This document shows positions 28,780-37,500 of a DNA stretch of 64,000 nucleotides, in pieces. The DNA lies in contig DAOMOX010000003.1 in NCBI GenBank assembly GCA_035444565.1, positions 95,488 to 159,487 on the forward strand, written 5' to 3'. Each line of letters opens with the position of its first letter. Within the stretch, counting starts at the first letter, position 1. Source of the stretch: Candidatus Dojkabacteria bacterium (GTDB lineage: Bacteria > Patescibacteriota > Dojkabacteria > B142 > OLB20). The notes beneath the pieces were generated by a model, which was not told the DNA's origin, did not search any database, and worked only from the letters and a program-made list of their open reading frames with translations. The position numbers were made by a program, and so were the translations under genes.

Positions 28780-30828
28780 CTATTGTGCCCTAATAAATTG
28801 ACCTTCTCTTATGTTATAACCAAACACATAAGACATAAGATCACCGTAAATATATAGATATCTGGGGTCGTATTCAATTATCTCGGAAGGTGAATATTGA
28901 CTTCTGATGTTTCCAAGATTCCTGTTTAAAGACATGTTACCTGCTGTTTTATCTGTCTCTACTACCCCACCCTTTATGTATAAGCCATCTCCGGAAGGAT
29001 CTGCAACGGTACTAAATAGTCCAGTCACAAAATATCCATGAACCTGGTCATAAACAGTTTTGTCTGGATCTGCAGAACCTAATCCATCACCAGGTAATAT
29101 TGTTGTTGTTCCTTGAACAATAAACATACAACCATTTTCGAAGCCTTCGTTTACCAAGTTTGGCTGAATACTTAAATTACCACTGACAAGAAAAATACTT
29201 TTTGTGTCACAAATATTCACATCAATCGTCAAGTCTCCTGATAAATATACAACCACTTCGTTTAGATTCCCGGTGGGGTGTATTTCGGACATCCGATTAT
29301 TAGTTATATTCGAAACTGTGATATTTGATTTCGTGATTGTCGGAGTCGAGTTTTTCAAATACTGATCAAAGTATTCAAACCAGCTGACATCTGTCTTGTA
29401 TTCTGAGTTTGCATCTGCGTAATCATTGAGTTGTGATTCTTTCTCGGAATTCCTCGATGGGAGTGCAAATCCTACAGGTTGAAGGTATAGATTAGTAGAT
29501 AGAAATCTCTCTCTTCCAATAAAACTTGCAAAATTCACATTATCAAAGAAACTATTAATAATATTATTTGAGCTAAGGGTAGTCTGATTAAATGTACTGC
29601 TATATACATTCCCTCCAATTGTGTTTACCCATGGATGGTATACAATCGGAGTTGGAGTCGGTGTAGATGTAGCTGGTGGAGGTGGTGTTGGTGTTGCAGA
29701 TGGTCCAGGCGTTGGGGTACTTGATGAACCTGCATATGCAAATGTTAAGGCAGACATCGACCACTGCATACTAGACCCTAAACCATTGGTTTGTGTGGCA
29801 GGTGGTACATTCCTCGATTGTGTTTGAAAACAAATATACGTGTGATCTTCCGGGATGTTTACATCAGGTGTAAGGTGCGTAGAGTCAATAGTATCCCATT
29901 CGTTTTCTGATGTTGCGTTAAATAAATCTAGGTATACGATTGCACCAGGTATGGAAGATAATCCTCCGTTAGGTACTCCTGGAGCTTTGTTCAAATTGGC
30001 TATAGATGATGGAATTGAACCCGTGCCTGTAACATACCAAAAGGCATTCGGTCGGTACATTTGAGGTGAAACTGTTCGTCTTTTTGTTCCAGACATAAAA
30101 GCAAAATAATCTACTCTTCTATCTTTGGTTGTGTCTCCTGGAAATTCATGGCAGACTACGTTACTCCATTCCCCCCACTTGGTATCATCCGAATGATTTC
30201 CTAGATTATTCATATATGTACCATCAAATCCACATTTCACTTCCAGATGACTATCGACGGGTAAAGTAGGATCATTATGTATAATCATTGCTCCAACTCC
30301 GAATAATTCCATATCGGCTCCTAAAGTATCTTTTCTAATTGTGAATGTGTTTGTTCCTGAATTGTTTATGCCCGTAGTACCGAGGTCTACAATGTAGCCC
30401 CAAAATGTTGTACCTGGGCCCCCTAAAACAGCTGGACCGAACACCCCATGTAGCGGATTAGCGATTACGGTATTGAAGCCACCACCATTAACACTTAATC
30501 TCAAAGTACTATCTTCAGTTGCTTTTCTAACAGTCCAATATAAATATACGTTCTGTGCAGGTCCGTTTATAGCCTCTACTGTGAATGAACCATTATAGAC
30601 CCCACCACTTATGCGGTCTATCATACCTAGACCACCTACTTTTATGTTATAACGTCCCTCAAGGTCTTTTTCATAAATACAGCTTCCTGAGTCTAGTTCC
30701 CTATTCACCATTGCAGATACAGGATTAGTAAGAGGAAGGATAATCAAAGAAAAGGCGAAAATGCCTAAAAAGAAGAGGAAAATATTATTAACTTGTTTTT
30801 GGACAGTTATTTTCATGTTATTAAACAA
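28780..30828 (-). CDS. Large secreted or cell-surface protein with a Pro/Thr-rich linker; candidate pilus-associated adhesin
   Basis: N-terminal signal/anchor, linker SSSTPTPGPSATPTPPPPATSTPTPTP, and a Cys-containing C-terminal region. Confidence 0.4.
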   Translation of the reverse strand: MFNNMKITVQKQVNNIFLFFLGIFAFSLIILPLTNPVSAMVNRELDSGSCIYEKDLEGRYNIKVGGLGMIDRISGGVYNGSFTVEAINGPAQNVYLYWTVRKATEDSTLRLSVNGGGFNTVIANPLHGVFGPAVLGGPGTTFWGYIVDLGTTGINNSGTNTFTIRKDTLGADMELFGVGAMIIHNDPTLPVDSHLEVKCGFDGTYMNNLGNHSDDTKWGEWSNVVCHEFPGDTTKDRRVDYFAFMSGTKRRTVSPQMYRPNAFWYVTGTGSIPSSIANLNKAPGVPNGGLSSIPGAIVYLDLFNATSENEWDTIDSTHLTPDVNIPEDHTYICFQTQSRNVPPATQTNGLGSSMQWSMSALTFAYAGSSSTPTPGPSATPTPPPPATSTPTPTPIVYHPWVNTIGGNVYSSTFNQTTLSSNNIINSFFDNVNFASFIGRERFLSTNLYLQPVGFALPSRNSEKESQLNDYADANSEYKTDVSWFEYFDQYLKNSTPTITKSNITVSNITNNRMSEIHPTGNLNEVVVYLSGDLTIDVNICDTKSIFLVSGNLSIQPNLVNEGFENGCMFIVQGTTTILPGDGLGSADPDKTVYDQVHGYFVTGLFSTVADPSGDGLYIKGGVVETDKTAGNMSLNRNLGNIRSQYSPSEIIEYDPRYLYIYGDLMSYVFGYNIREGQFIRAQ

Positions 30829-30947
30829 ATTTAACCCAGTTAAATAATTTTTGCAAGATTCCTCAACCTAAATTGAATTTTCCTTGATTAATATTTCAAG
30901 ACTTATTAGAATTAACTAGTTTATAGTAAAACTGTCTGTATATATTT

Positions 30948-31979
30948 ATGAAACTGCCTGAATTCTTTGGTTTAGATATTGGGAACCACTCCCTTAAAAT
31001 TGCACAGGTTAAGTACCTGGGAACCGATACTGCACAACTTCTTAAATTAGCCAGAGCTGATATAGTTGGTGGAGTTGTCAACAACACTGATTTACCAAAC
31101 TTAGCTAAAGAAATTAAGAACCTCAAAGAAACTGCTGGAATCAATACCAAAAAAGTTGTTATTGCCCTACCCGAGTCTTCAATATTTTCTCGACTTATAT
31201 TGTTACCTGATGTTGACGAGTCAAAACTCGAACAAGCAATATATTACGAAGCAAAGCAATATCTTCCTGTCACAATAGATGAAGTTCAACTTGAATGGGT
31301 ACAAGTCAGTAAAAGCCAACGTGATGGAAAAACATTTGTCCAATGGCTTATTGTTGCAGCCCCGAAAAAAGTTGTTGCAAAATATATGGAAGTTATGGAT
31401 TTAGCGGGTTTAGAAGTAATTGCTGTCGAAACTGAAACAATAGCCACTGCAAGGGCCTATACCTATAATACGCATTTCAATGAAGGCGTTTTAGTAATGG
31501 ATTTCGGAGGAACAAATACAGATATTTCTGTGATAATGGGAAAAAATGTAATTTTTTCACAAAGCATCGGAACTGGCTCTGATGTATTAACAAAAGCACT
31601 TATGTCCGAGTTTAATCTAGATATTCTCCAGGCTGAACAATATAAAAGGACTTATGGTTTGCTTCGCGACCAAGCAGAAGGAAAAATTGCTGGCGCTTTG
31701 GAACCAATGATGAAGATTATAACGAATGAAATAAATAAGACTATCAACTATTTCCGTGAACATCTTCGAGAAAACACTCCAAAACAAATCTACATCGTAG
31801 GAGACGGCGCAAATCTTCCTGGATTAGCACAGTACCTTACACAAGTTATGGGAATTCCTGCGAGTGTCGTTGACCCTGTGATGTCTCTGAAAGTTGATAA
31901 CAGGATGAAAGCTGAAATAAGTCAAATAAGCACAACTGGATTCTCTGTTGCTTTAGGTTTAGCTCTGAAAACCGAATAA
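30948..31979 (+). CDS. pilM: Type IV pilus assembly protein PilM (actin-like ATPase)
   Basis: FGLDIGNHSLKIAQV N-terminus, FtsA/actin fold. Confidence 0.8.
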   Translation: MKLPEFFGLDIGNHSLKIAQVKYLGTDTAQLLKLARADIVGGVVNNTDLPNLAKEIKNLKETAGINTKKVVIALPESSIFSRLILLPDVDESKLEQAIYYEAKQYLPVTIDEVQLEWVQVSKSQRDGKTFVQWLIVAAPKKVVAKYMEVMDLAGLEVIAVETETIATARAYTYNTHFNEGVLVMDFGGTNTDISVIMGKNVIFSQSIGTGSDVLTKALMSEFNLDILQAEQYKRTYGLLRDQAEGKIAGALEPMMKIITNEINKTINYFREHLRENTPKQIYIVGDGANLPGLAQYLTQVMGIPASVVDPVMSLKVDNRMKAEISQISTTGFSVALGLALKTE

Positions 31980-31980
31980 T

Positions 31981-32544
31981 ATGAATAACTCAGGATTTAA
32001 CCTACTACCTAAAAAATCTGAAGAATTAAGACTAAAAGAACAAAGACGCGATAGTTATAGTGTCTACTATACATTTCTAGTTTTTTTCGGTGTTGTATTA
32101 TGGTTTGGGTTAGTAATTTTCAACAATTTCGTCGTGGACAGATCCACAAATGATTGGAAGGAAATCAACAAAGAAAAACAAGATAAAATTAATAATGAAT
32201 ACGCTCAAACACGAAGAATACATGGCGAATTAGTTGTTAAAACCAAAAGTATTGCACCTTTATTAAAAAATGACATTGATCCCGAAACAATTTTCCTAGT
32301 AGCAGAACAAGCTTTTTCGATTAATGAAGGAGATGTGAGTATAGTTGGATACGGTCGTAACGAAGATGGTAGTTTTACTATTAGTATCGCAGCAACTAAT
32401 CATATTGTAGTTGCTGAAAAGGCCCGAAGCTTGAGGAATCTAAATATGGTAAAAGATCTAAGTGTGGACAAGGTCACACAAGGACCTCAAGGTAATCAAT
32501 TAATTGCAGATTTTAATTTCTTAGTAGACAAATCACTACTTTAA
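31981..32544 (+). CDS. pilN: PilN-like inner-membrane pilus assembly protein
   Basis: NLLPKK motif followed by a single TM; adjacent to pilM. Confidence 0.55.
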   Translation: MNNSGFNLLPKKSEELRLKEQRRDSYSVYYTFLVFFGVVLWFGLVIFNNFVVDRSTNDWKEINKEKQDKINNEYAQTRRIHGELVVKTKSIAPLLKNDIDPETIFLVAEQAFSINEGDVSIVGYGRNEDGSFTISIAATNHIVVAEKARSLRNLNMVKDLSVDKVTQGPQGNQLIADFNFLVDKSLL

Positions 32545-32545
32545 G

Positions 32546-33283
32546 ATGGCTCAGAATATTAATAACAAAATAGTCGACAAAAGAAACGATGACGATTATA
32601 TGTTCGCGAAGAAAAAACCTAATTACCGTAAATTATTTCACTTTTACTTAATTCCGATAATTTCTGTCTCAATCTTTCTTTTACTTCTAGTTTTAACTAT
32701 TATTCCAAATGTAAAATATATGATGGATGGTTTGGAAGAAGGTAAAGAATTAAAAAAAGAGTCTGAACTTTTAGACCAAAGGATTGCGATACTCAAAACT
32801 CTTAAGAGTCGTGAAGAAGAAGATTTGCAAATTCTTAATAAGGTAAACTTAATAATCCCTTCTGAACAAAGTGAGGTTGTTAACTTTAGGCAAAAAGTAG
32901 CTGGACTAGCCACGCAACAAGGTCTTATTGTTGAGTCTTTGCAGGCGGGAGAGAATATCATAGAAGATAAAAAAAATGATACAGAGTCATCAAATAATCA
33001 ACTAATTGAGATTCCTTCAAAGTTTAGTTTCGCAGGAGAATTTGATGCTTTTAGACAACTTTTCCTCAAATTATATGAAGGCGAAGATTTTTTTATTATC
33101 ACAAATATGGATTTGAATGTTAACAACTCATTTCAATCACCAGGTGCTTGGAAGGGTCAATTTGATCTCACAAAATATCAATTCTCAGCTAAACAAACAG
33201 AAGATGACTTTATGAATATTTCCGAAAAAGAACCCGTAAACAAAAGCGTTATAACCTTTATTGAGCAGAATTTTGGAATTTGA
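32546..33283 (+). CDS. pilO: PilO-like pilus assembly protein
   Basis: TM plus coiled-coil, in the positional order pilM-N-O. Confidence 0.45.
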   Translation: MAQNINNKIVDKRNDDDYMFAKKKPNYRKLFHFYLIPIISVSIFLLLLVLTIIPNVKYMMDGLEEGKELKKESELLDQRIAILKTLKSREEEDLQILNKVNLIIPSEQSEVVNFRQKVAGLATQQGLIVESLQAGENIIEDKKNDTESSNNQLIEIPSKFSFAGEFDAFRQLFLKLYEGEDFFIITNMDLNVNNSFQSPGAWKGQFDLTKYQFSAKQTEDDFMNISEKEPVNKSVITFIEQNFGI

Positions 33284-33291
33284 GTGAGGTT

Positions 33292-33525
33292 TTAGTCTGC
33301 GACTTTGATGTAGACTCTTTTATTTTCCCTTTTTGCAATGATACTCAAGATATTTCTAATTGCCCTTATGTTCATTCCGCCTTTTCCAATTACTACCCCT
33401 CTCTCTTCTTCTGGCAACTTAAGAATATAGACAATATTGTCTTTATCTTCCTCTTGAGTCTCAATCTTTACTTCATCGGGATTAGATACGATTTTAGTTA
33501 CTATGTAATGAAGGAGTTCTAACAT
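33292..33525 (-). CDS. KH-domain RNA-binding protein (YlqC/UPF0109 type)
   Basis: VIGKGG KH loop; located downstream of rpsP as in many bacteria. Confidence 0.7.
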   Translation of the reverse strand: MLELLHYIVTKIVSNPDEVKIETQEEDKDNIVYILKLPEEERGVVIGKGGMNIRAIRNILSIIAKRENKRVYIKVAD

Positions 33526-33534
33526 TTTATTTTG

Positions 33535-33933
33535 TTATTTATCTGATTTAGCTTTTTCTTCTTTTGAATCTACTTTAACTTCGGCTTTTTCCTCATTTTT
33601 AATTTCTATTTTTTCTTTTTTTACTTCAACTTTTTCTACTTTTTTTGTTTCAGTTTTCTCTGTCTTCTTGACTGTCGGTCTTTTGATGTCTGCTTTTATC
33701 AATCCGTTAATCACCATAAGGGACTTAACAGTATATGTTGGTTGTGCACCATTTCCAATCCAGTAATTATATCTATCTTGATCGATTTTGAATTTGTCTT
33801 TTTTAGCGAAAGGATCGTATGAACCTAAGTATTCCAAAGCTAAAGTATTTCTTTTTGTTCTGGCATTAGTGACAACAACTCTGTATGCAGGTTGTTTTTT
33901 CTTACCAAATCTAGCTAATCGTATTTTTACCAT
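33535..33933 (-). CDS. rpsP: 30S ribosomal protein S16 with a K/E-rich C-terminal tail
   Basis: MVKIRLARFGKKKQPAYRVVV. Confidence 0.9.
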   Translation of the reverse strand: MVKIRLARFGKKKQPAYRVVVTNARTKRNTLALEYLGSYDPFAKKDKFKIDQDRYNYWIGNGAQPTYTVKSLMVINGLIKADIKRPTVKKTEKTETKKVEKVEVKKEKIEIKNEEKAEVKVDSKEEKAKSDK

Positions 33934-33987
33934 TATTTTTTATTAAATTAAAAAGGAAATGAATTGTAGCAGATTATCTCCCCTCTC

Positions 33988-34701
33988 TCAAGTTTGAGAG
34001 ACCAAATCCTGCCAATGATCTAACGCGTATTGAGCTGCATTTTGTTCAGCTTCTTGTTTACTTTTACCTTTTCCTTCACCAAATACCCTATTTACAATTT
34101 TTACAGACATTAAAAATTCTTTGTCATGGTCTGGTCCGACTGCGGATTTCAACTCATATATTGGTGTGAAGTTAAGTACTTCTTGGGAAAGTTCTTGCAA
34201 CTTCGACTTTGAATCTATATCAAGTCTATTTTCAATAATTTCGTTTAACTTAGGAAATAATTTCTCTATTACGAAATTCCTAGAGACTTTATATCCCTGG
34301 TCAAGATAGATTGCTCCGAGTATGGATTCAAAGGTATTAGCAAGTATATAAGGTCTAGTTCTGCCCCCAGTAACTTCTTCTCCCTTGCTCATGAAGATAT
34401 ATTCGCCTATTGTTAATTCAAGAGCTGTGTCGCCTAAGCTAGTAGTTTTTACAAGTGCCGAGCGAAAGCTGGTAAGTTCTCCTTCTGGGCGTTGTGGGTG
34501 CTGTAGGAATAGATATTCGGTAGTAATTAGCTCAAGTACTGCATCACCCAGGAACTCTAGTCTTTCATTGTTTTCAATATCTTCAGAATGATTTTCATTT
34601 AGATAGGATCTGTGTGTTAATGCCGTTTTAAGTAGTTTTTTGTTTATAAATTTGATTCCGAGTTTTAATTCTAGCTCAGAAAGGTCTTTTGTGTTTTTCA
34701 T
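33988..34701 (-). CDS. rnc: Ribonuclease III
   Basis: ERLEFLGDAVLEL signature plus a C-terminal dsRBD. Confidence 0.9.
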   Translation of the reverse strand: MKNTKDLSELELKLGIKFINKKLLKTALTHRSYLNENHSEDIENNERLEFLGDAVLELITTEYLFLQHPQRPEGELTSFRSALVKTTSLGDTALELTIGEYIFMSKGEEVTGGRTRPYILANTFESILGAIYLDQGYKVSRNFVIEKLFPKLNEIIENRLDIDSKSKLQELSQEVLNFTPIYELKSAVGPDHDKEFLMSVKIVNRVFGEGKGKSKQEAEQNAAQYALDHWQDLVSQT

Positions 34702-35141
34702 TTTATGTATTTTGATTTATTTTCAATTAGGTTGCCAAGCACTCCACTGATGAATTTTCGACTCTGGTCATTGCTAAATTCTTTTGTGAGTTCTATAGCT
34801 TCGTCTATCGCAACTTTCTCAGGTGTAATATTTAGTATGAATCCTTCGAGAATTGCGATACGAAGTATTTGCAAATCCATTGTGGCAATTTTATCAATCG
34901 GCCATTCGGGTGCTAGTACTTCAATAATCTCATCAATTTGTATCTCATTAACAGGCATCCCCTCTATAAGTTCGCGAAACAAGGCTTTATCGTAATCTTT
35001 GATTTCATCTTCCTCCAAAATTTTATTGATTGGAAATAGCTCTGTATTATTATCGTTTTGGTCTAGGTTTTGTTTGTGAAAATAGAGTTCGAAAATTTGC
35101 TGGAGAGCTAAAATTCTAGCGTTATGTCGGGAATCTTGCAC
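34698..35141 (-). CDS. nusB: Transcription antitermination factor NusB
   Basis: ARILALQQIFE N-terminus, all-helical, about 147 aa. Confidence 0.75.
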   Translation of the reverse strand: MQDSRHNARILALQQIFELYFHKQNLDQNDNNTELFPINKILEEDEIKDYDKALFRELIEGMPVNEIQIDEIIEVLAPEWPIDKIATMDLQILRIAILEGFILNITPEKVAIDEAIELTKEFSNDQSRKFISGVLGNLIENKSKYIK

Positions 35142-35155
35142 AGATTGTATATTTA

Positions 35156-35332
35156 ACTAACTTTTAATACTTTTACACCTTTGAATGTACCGCATTTTGG
35201 ACAAACATTGTGTGTAAGTCGTTTTGAACCACATTCTTTACAAGTTGTAAGTGTAGGTTCTGAAAGAGCGTGATGTGCTCTTCTTTGGTTTTTTCTTTGT
35301 TTCGAAATTTTTCTTTTTGGTAATGCTCCCAT
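35156..35332 (-). CDS. rpmF: 50S ribosomal protein L32 (58 aa, below the ORF-track cut-off)
   Basis: Hand translation gives MGALPKRKISKQRKNQRRAHHALSEPTLTTCKECGSKRLTHNVCPKCGTFKG, which has the L32 zinc-ribbon pattern. Confidence 0.8.
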
Positions 35333-35409
35333 TTATCTATATTAATCAATAAACTCGAACTATTTTATCACAGAAGTATCGCAAAATAAATGATTCCTGC
35401 GCATTTAGC

Positions 35410-35967
35410 TTAATTAGTACGTTCAAAGATAGTAATTTTACTCAATCCATACTTCTTTTGCCAAACATTCTGACCAATTAATGCGTTTATATTAATTGTT
35501 TCGGGATAAATTTCTTTGCTTGGATATCTAAAAATAATGTAACCATTTACTTTTGTTACCATTAATGATGATTTAACAACTTCTAATTTCTCCTCTAGTT
35601 TTAATGGGAATGGCGGGTCAATAAAAATTAGTTCAAATCGATTCCTACAATTCTTCAGATAATCCTGAACTCTCATCTCAAGCACATCAATTTGATTCTC
35701 TAGGTTAGTTTTTTTTCCGTTTTCTAAAATCAATTTAATTGCTTCTGAATCATTTTCTACAAAGGTTACATGTTTCGCCCCACGACTAAGAGCTTCGAGA
35801 CCAATTGCTCCACTTCCTGCAAATAAATCAAGGCATGACGCATTTGTTAAGACTGGAGCGAGTGTATCAAAAAGGGAGATTTTAATCCTGTCTGTGATTG
35901 GCCTAGTAATCCCATCTGCAACCAACAATCTGGTGTTTTTGGCAATTCCGGCAGTAATTCTCGACAT
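35410..35967 (-). CDS. rsmD: 16S rRNA (guanine966-N2)-methyltransferase RsmD
   Basis: LDLFAGSGAIGLEALSRGA and FIDPPFP motifs. Confidence 0.85.
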   Translation of the reverse strand: MSRITAGIAKNTRLLVADGITRPITDRIKISLFDTLAPVLTNASCLDLFAGSGAIGLEALSRGAKHVTFVENDSEAIKLILENGKKTNLENQIDVLEMRVQDYLKNCRNRFELIFIDPPFPLKLEEKLEVVKSSLMVTKVNGYIIFRYPSKEIYPETININALIGQNVWQKKYGLSKITIFERTN

Positions 35968-35970
35968 GAA

Positions 35971-36153
35971 TTAATTGAATAAACTTACTCTTAATATAAT
36001 TAATGTCGGAACAGTTGTCACTAGCAATACTAAACCGGTAGAAAAGATTGCATTCGATCTAAAAACAAAACCAGTAAGTATTATGGCGATGCATGCCACA
36101 AAAGCTAGTAATGAAAATAATGATAAGTTGTGCAAAACTTTATAATTATTCAT
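35971..36153 (-). CDS. Small membrane protein (60 aa)
   Basis: Two hydrophobic segments; ORF only. Confidence 0.25.
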   Translation of the reverse strand: MNNYKVLHNLSLFSLLAFVACIAIILTGFVFRSNAIFSTGLVLLVTTVPTLIILRVSLFN

Positions 36154-36196
36154 GGGTGTTACGGATATGCTCTATTATAGCACGAATGCCATGTTT

Positions 36197-36718
36197 TTAG
36201 TAATTTACAAATTGGGGATTGATTTGTTGTGAGTTGTTTTCGCGCGAAGTTGTGGGAATGGTCCATTGGCGGACTATCTCGTATACCACTATACCGTAAC
36301 TAGTAGCAATATTTAGTGAGTGTTTGGTGCCATGCATAGGGATTTTAACCACTTTTTTACATTTACTTAATAAATCTTGGCTCACTCCAGAGATTTCGTT
36401 TCCAAAAACAAGAGTAATAGGTTTTCTAAAGTCTGTCTCGAAGTAGCTCACTGCGTCATCTGTTATTTCAACACCAATTATTTCCGTCGTTTCTTGGCAA
36501 TATTCAATAGCTTTTATCTTGTCTGGTATGTATTGCCATTTAACCGATTCCGTCGCTCCCAAGGCTGTTTTAGGTATTCTATTGTGCGGTGGGTATGGTG
36601 TAATCCCTGTAAGAATTAACTCTTCTATTCCTGCTGCATCTGAAGTACGAAAAATTGAACCGACATTGAATGCAGATCGAATATCTTCGAGTAATACTTT
36701 GACAGGGAAATTCTTCAT
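36197..36718 (-). CDS. SpoU-class RNA 2'-O-methyltransferase (TrmL/TrmH-like)
   Basis: NVGSIFRT, LVFGNEISG and SLNIATS motifs of the SPOUT fold. Confidence 0.75.
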   Translation of the reverse strand: MKNFPVKVLLEDIRSAFNVGSIFRTSDAAGIEELILTGITPYPPHNRIPKTALGATESVKWQYIPDKIKAIEYCQETTEIIGVEITDDAVSYFETDFRKPITLVFGNEISGVSQDLLSKCKKVVKIPMHGTKHSLNIATSYGIVVYEIVRQWTIPTTSRENNSQQINPQFVNY

Positions 36719-37497
36719 ATCAGTATTAATATTAAAGCTAATATGATTCTGTAGATGGCACTTATCATTATGATGTTTCTATCGATTAGTTTGTTGAGTA
36801 ATTTAATCGCGAATATTCCGCTTAAAAAGGAACTTAAAAAGCCAAAAAATAAAATCGCAATCCCCTCCCCTGTCGGATTATTTATATACTCTATGGATTT
36901 TAAAAATAAACCTGCCGAAATTATAGGAATACTTGCAAAGAAAACATATTCAACGAGTTTTTTCCTGTCTACTTTAAAGAATAAACCTAGTGTCAACATA
37001 GTCCCAGACCTAGACATTCCACGGATCAAGCTTAAACCCTGCCCTACTCCGACTAAAGTTGCAGATAAATGGGTAATTTGAGAAGTTTCTTTATTCCTTT
37101 TCGAATAAATATCTGCAATAAGTAAGAAAATACCTCCAATAATTAACGTGAACTGAATAACCCGCGTACTTCCTAGTGTACTTTCAATCAGGTCATTCAA
37201 TAAAAAGTAAATGATTACTGTGGGTATGGTGGTGAGTATTAAATTGATAATTAATTTCGTATATTTGCTTTCTTTTCGGTGTTCTAGTAAAGATTTGAAA
37301 ATCGATATAAGGCGTTTTCTGTAGTATATGATTATCGCAAGTAATGTCCCTGCGTGTGCTAAGATGTCAAAAGTTAACGAATGTTCACCCCAATTAAATA
37401 ATTCAGGGACAAGTACAAGATGTGCGGAGCTCGATATTGGCAGAAATTCTGTGATTCCTTGTACAATTCCTAATATTATAGATTGAAAAATTGTCAT
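36715..37497 (-). CDS. uppP: Undecaprenyl-diphosphatase
   Basis: GITEFLPISSSAHL and the BacA membrane fold. Confidence 0.9.
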   Translation of the reverse strand: MTIFQSIILGIVQGITEFLPISSSAHLVLVPELFNWGEHSLTFDILAHAGTLLAIIIYYRKRLISIFKSLLEHRKESKYTKLIINLILTTIPTVIIYFLLNDLIESTLGSTRVIQFTLIIGGIFLLIADIYSKRNKETSQITHLSATLVGVGQGLSLIRGMSRSGTMLTLGLFFKVDRKKLVEYVFFASIPIISAGLFLKSIEYINNPTGEGIAILFFGFLSSFLSGIFAIKLLNKLIDRNIIMISAIYRIILALILILI

Positions 37498-37500
37498 AAT

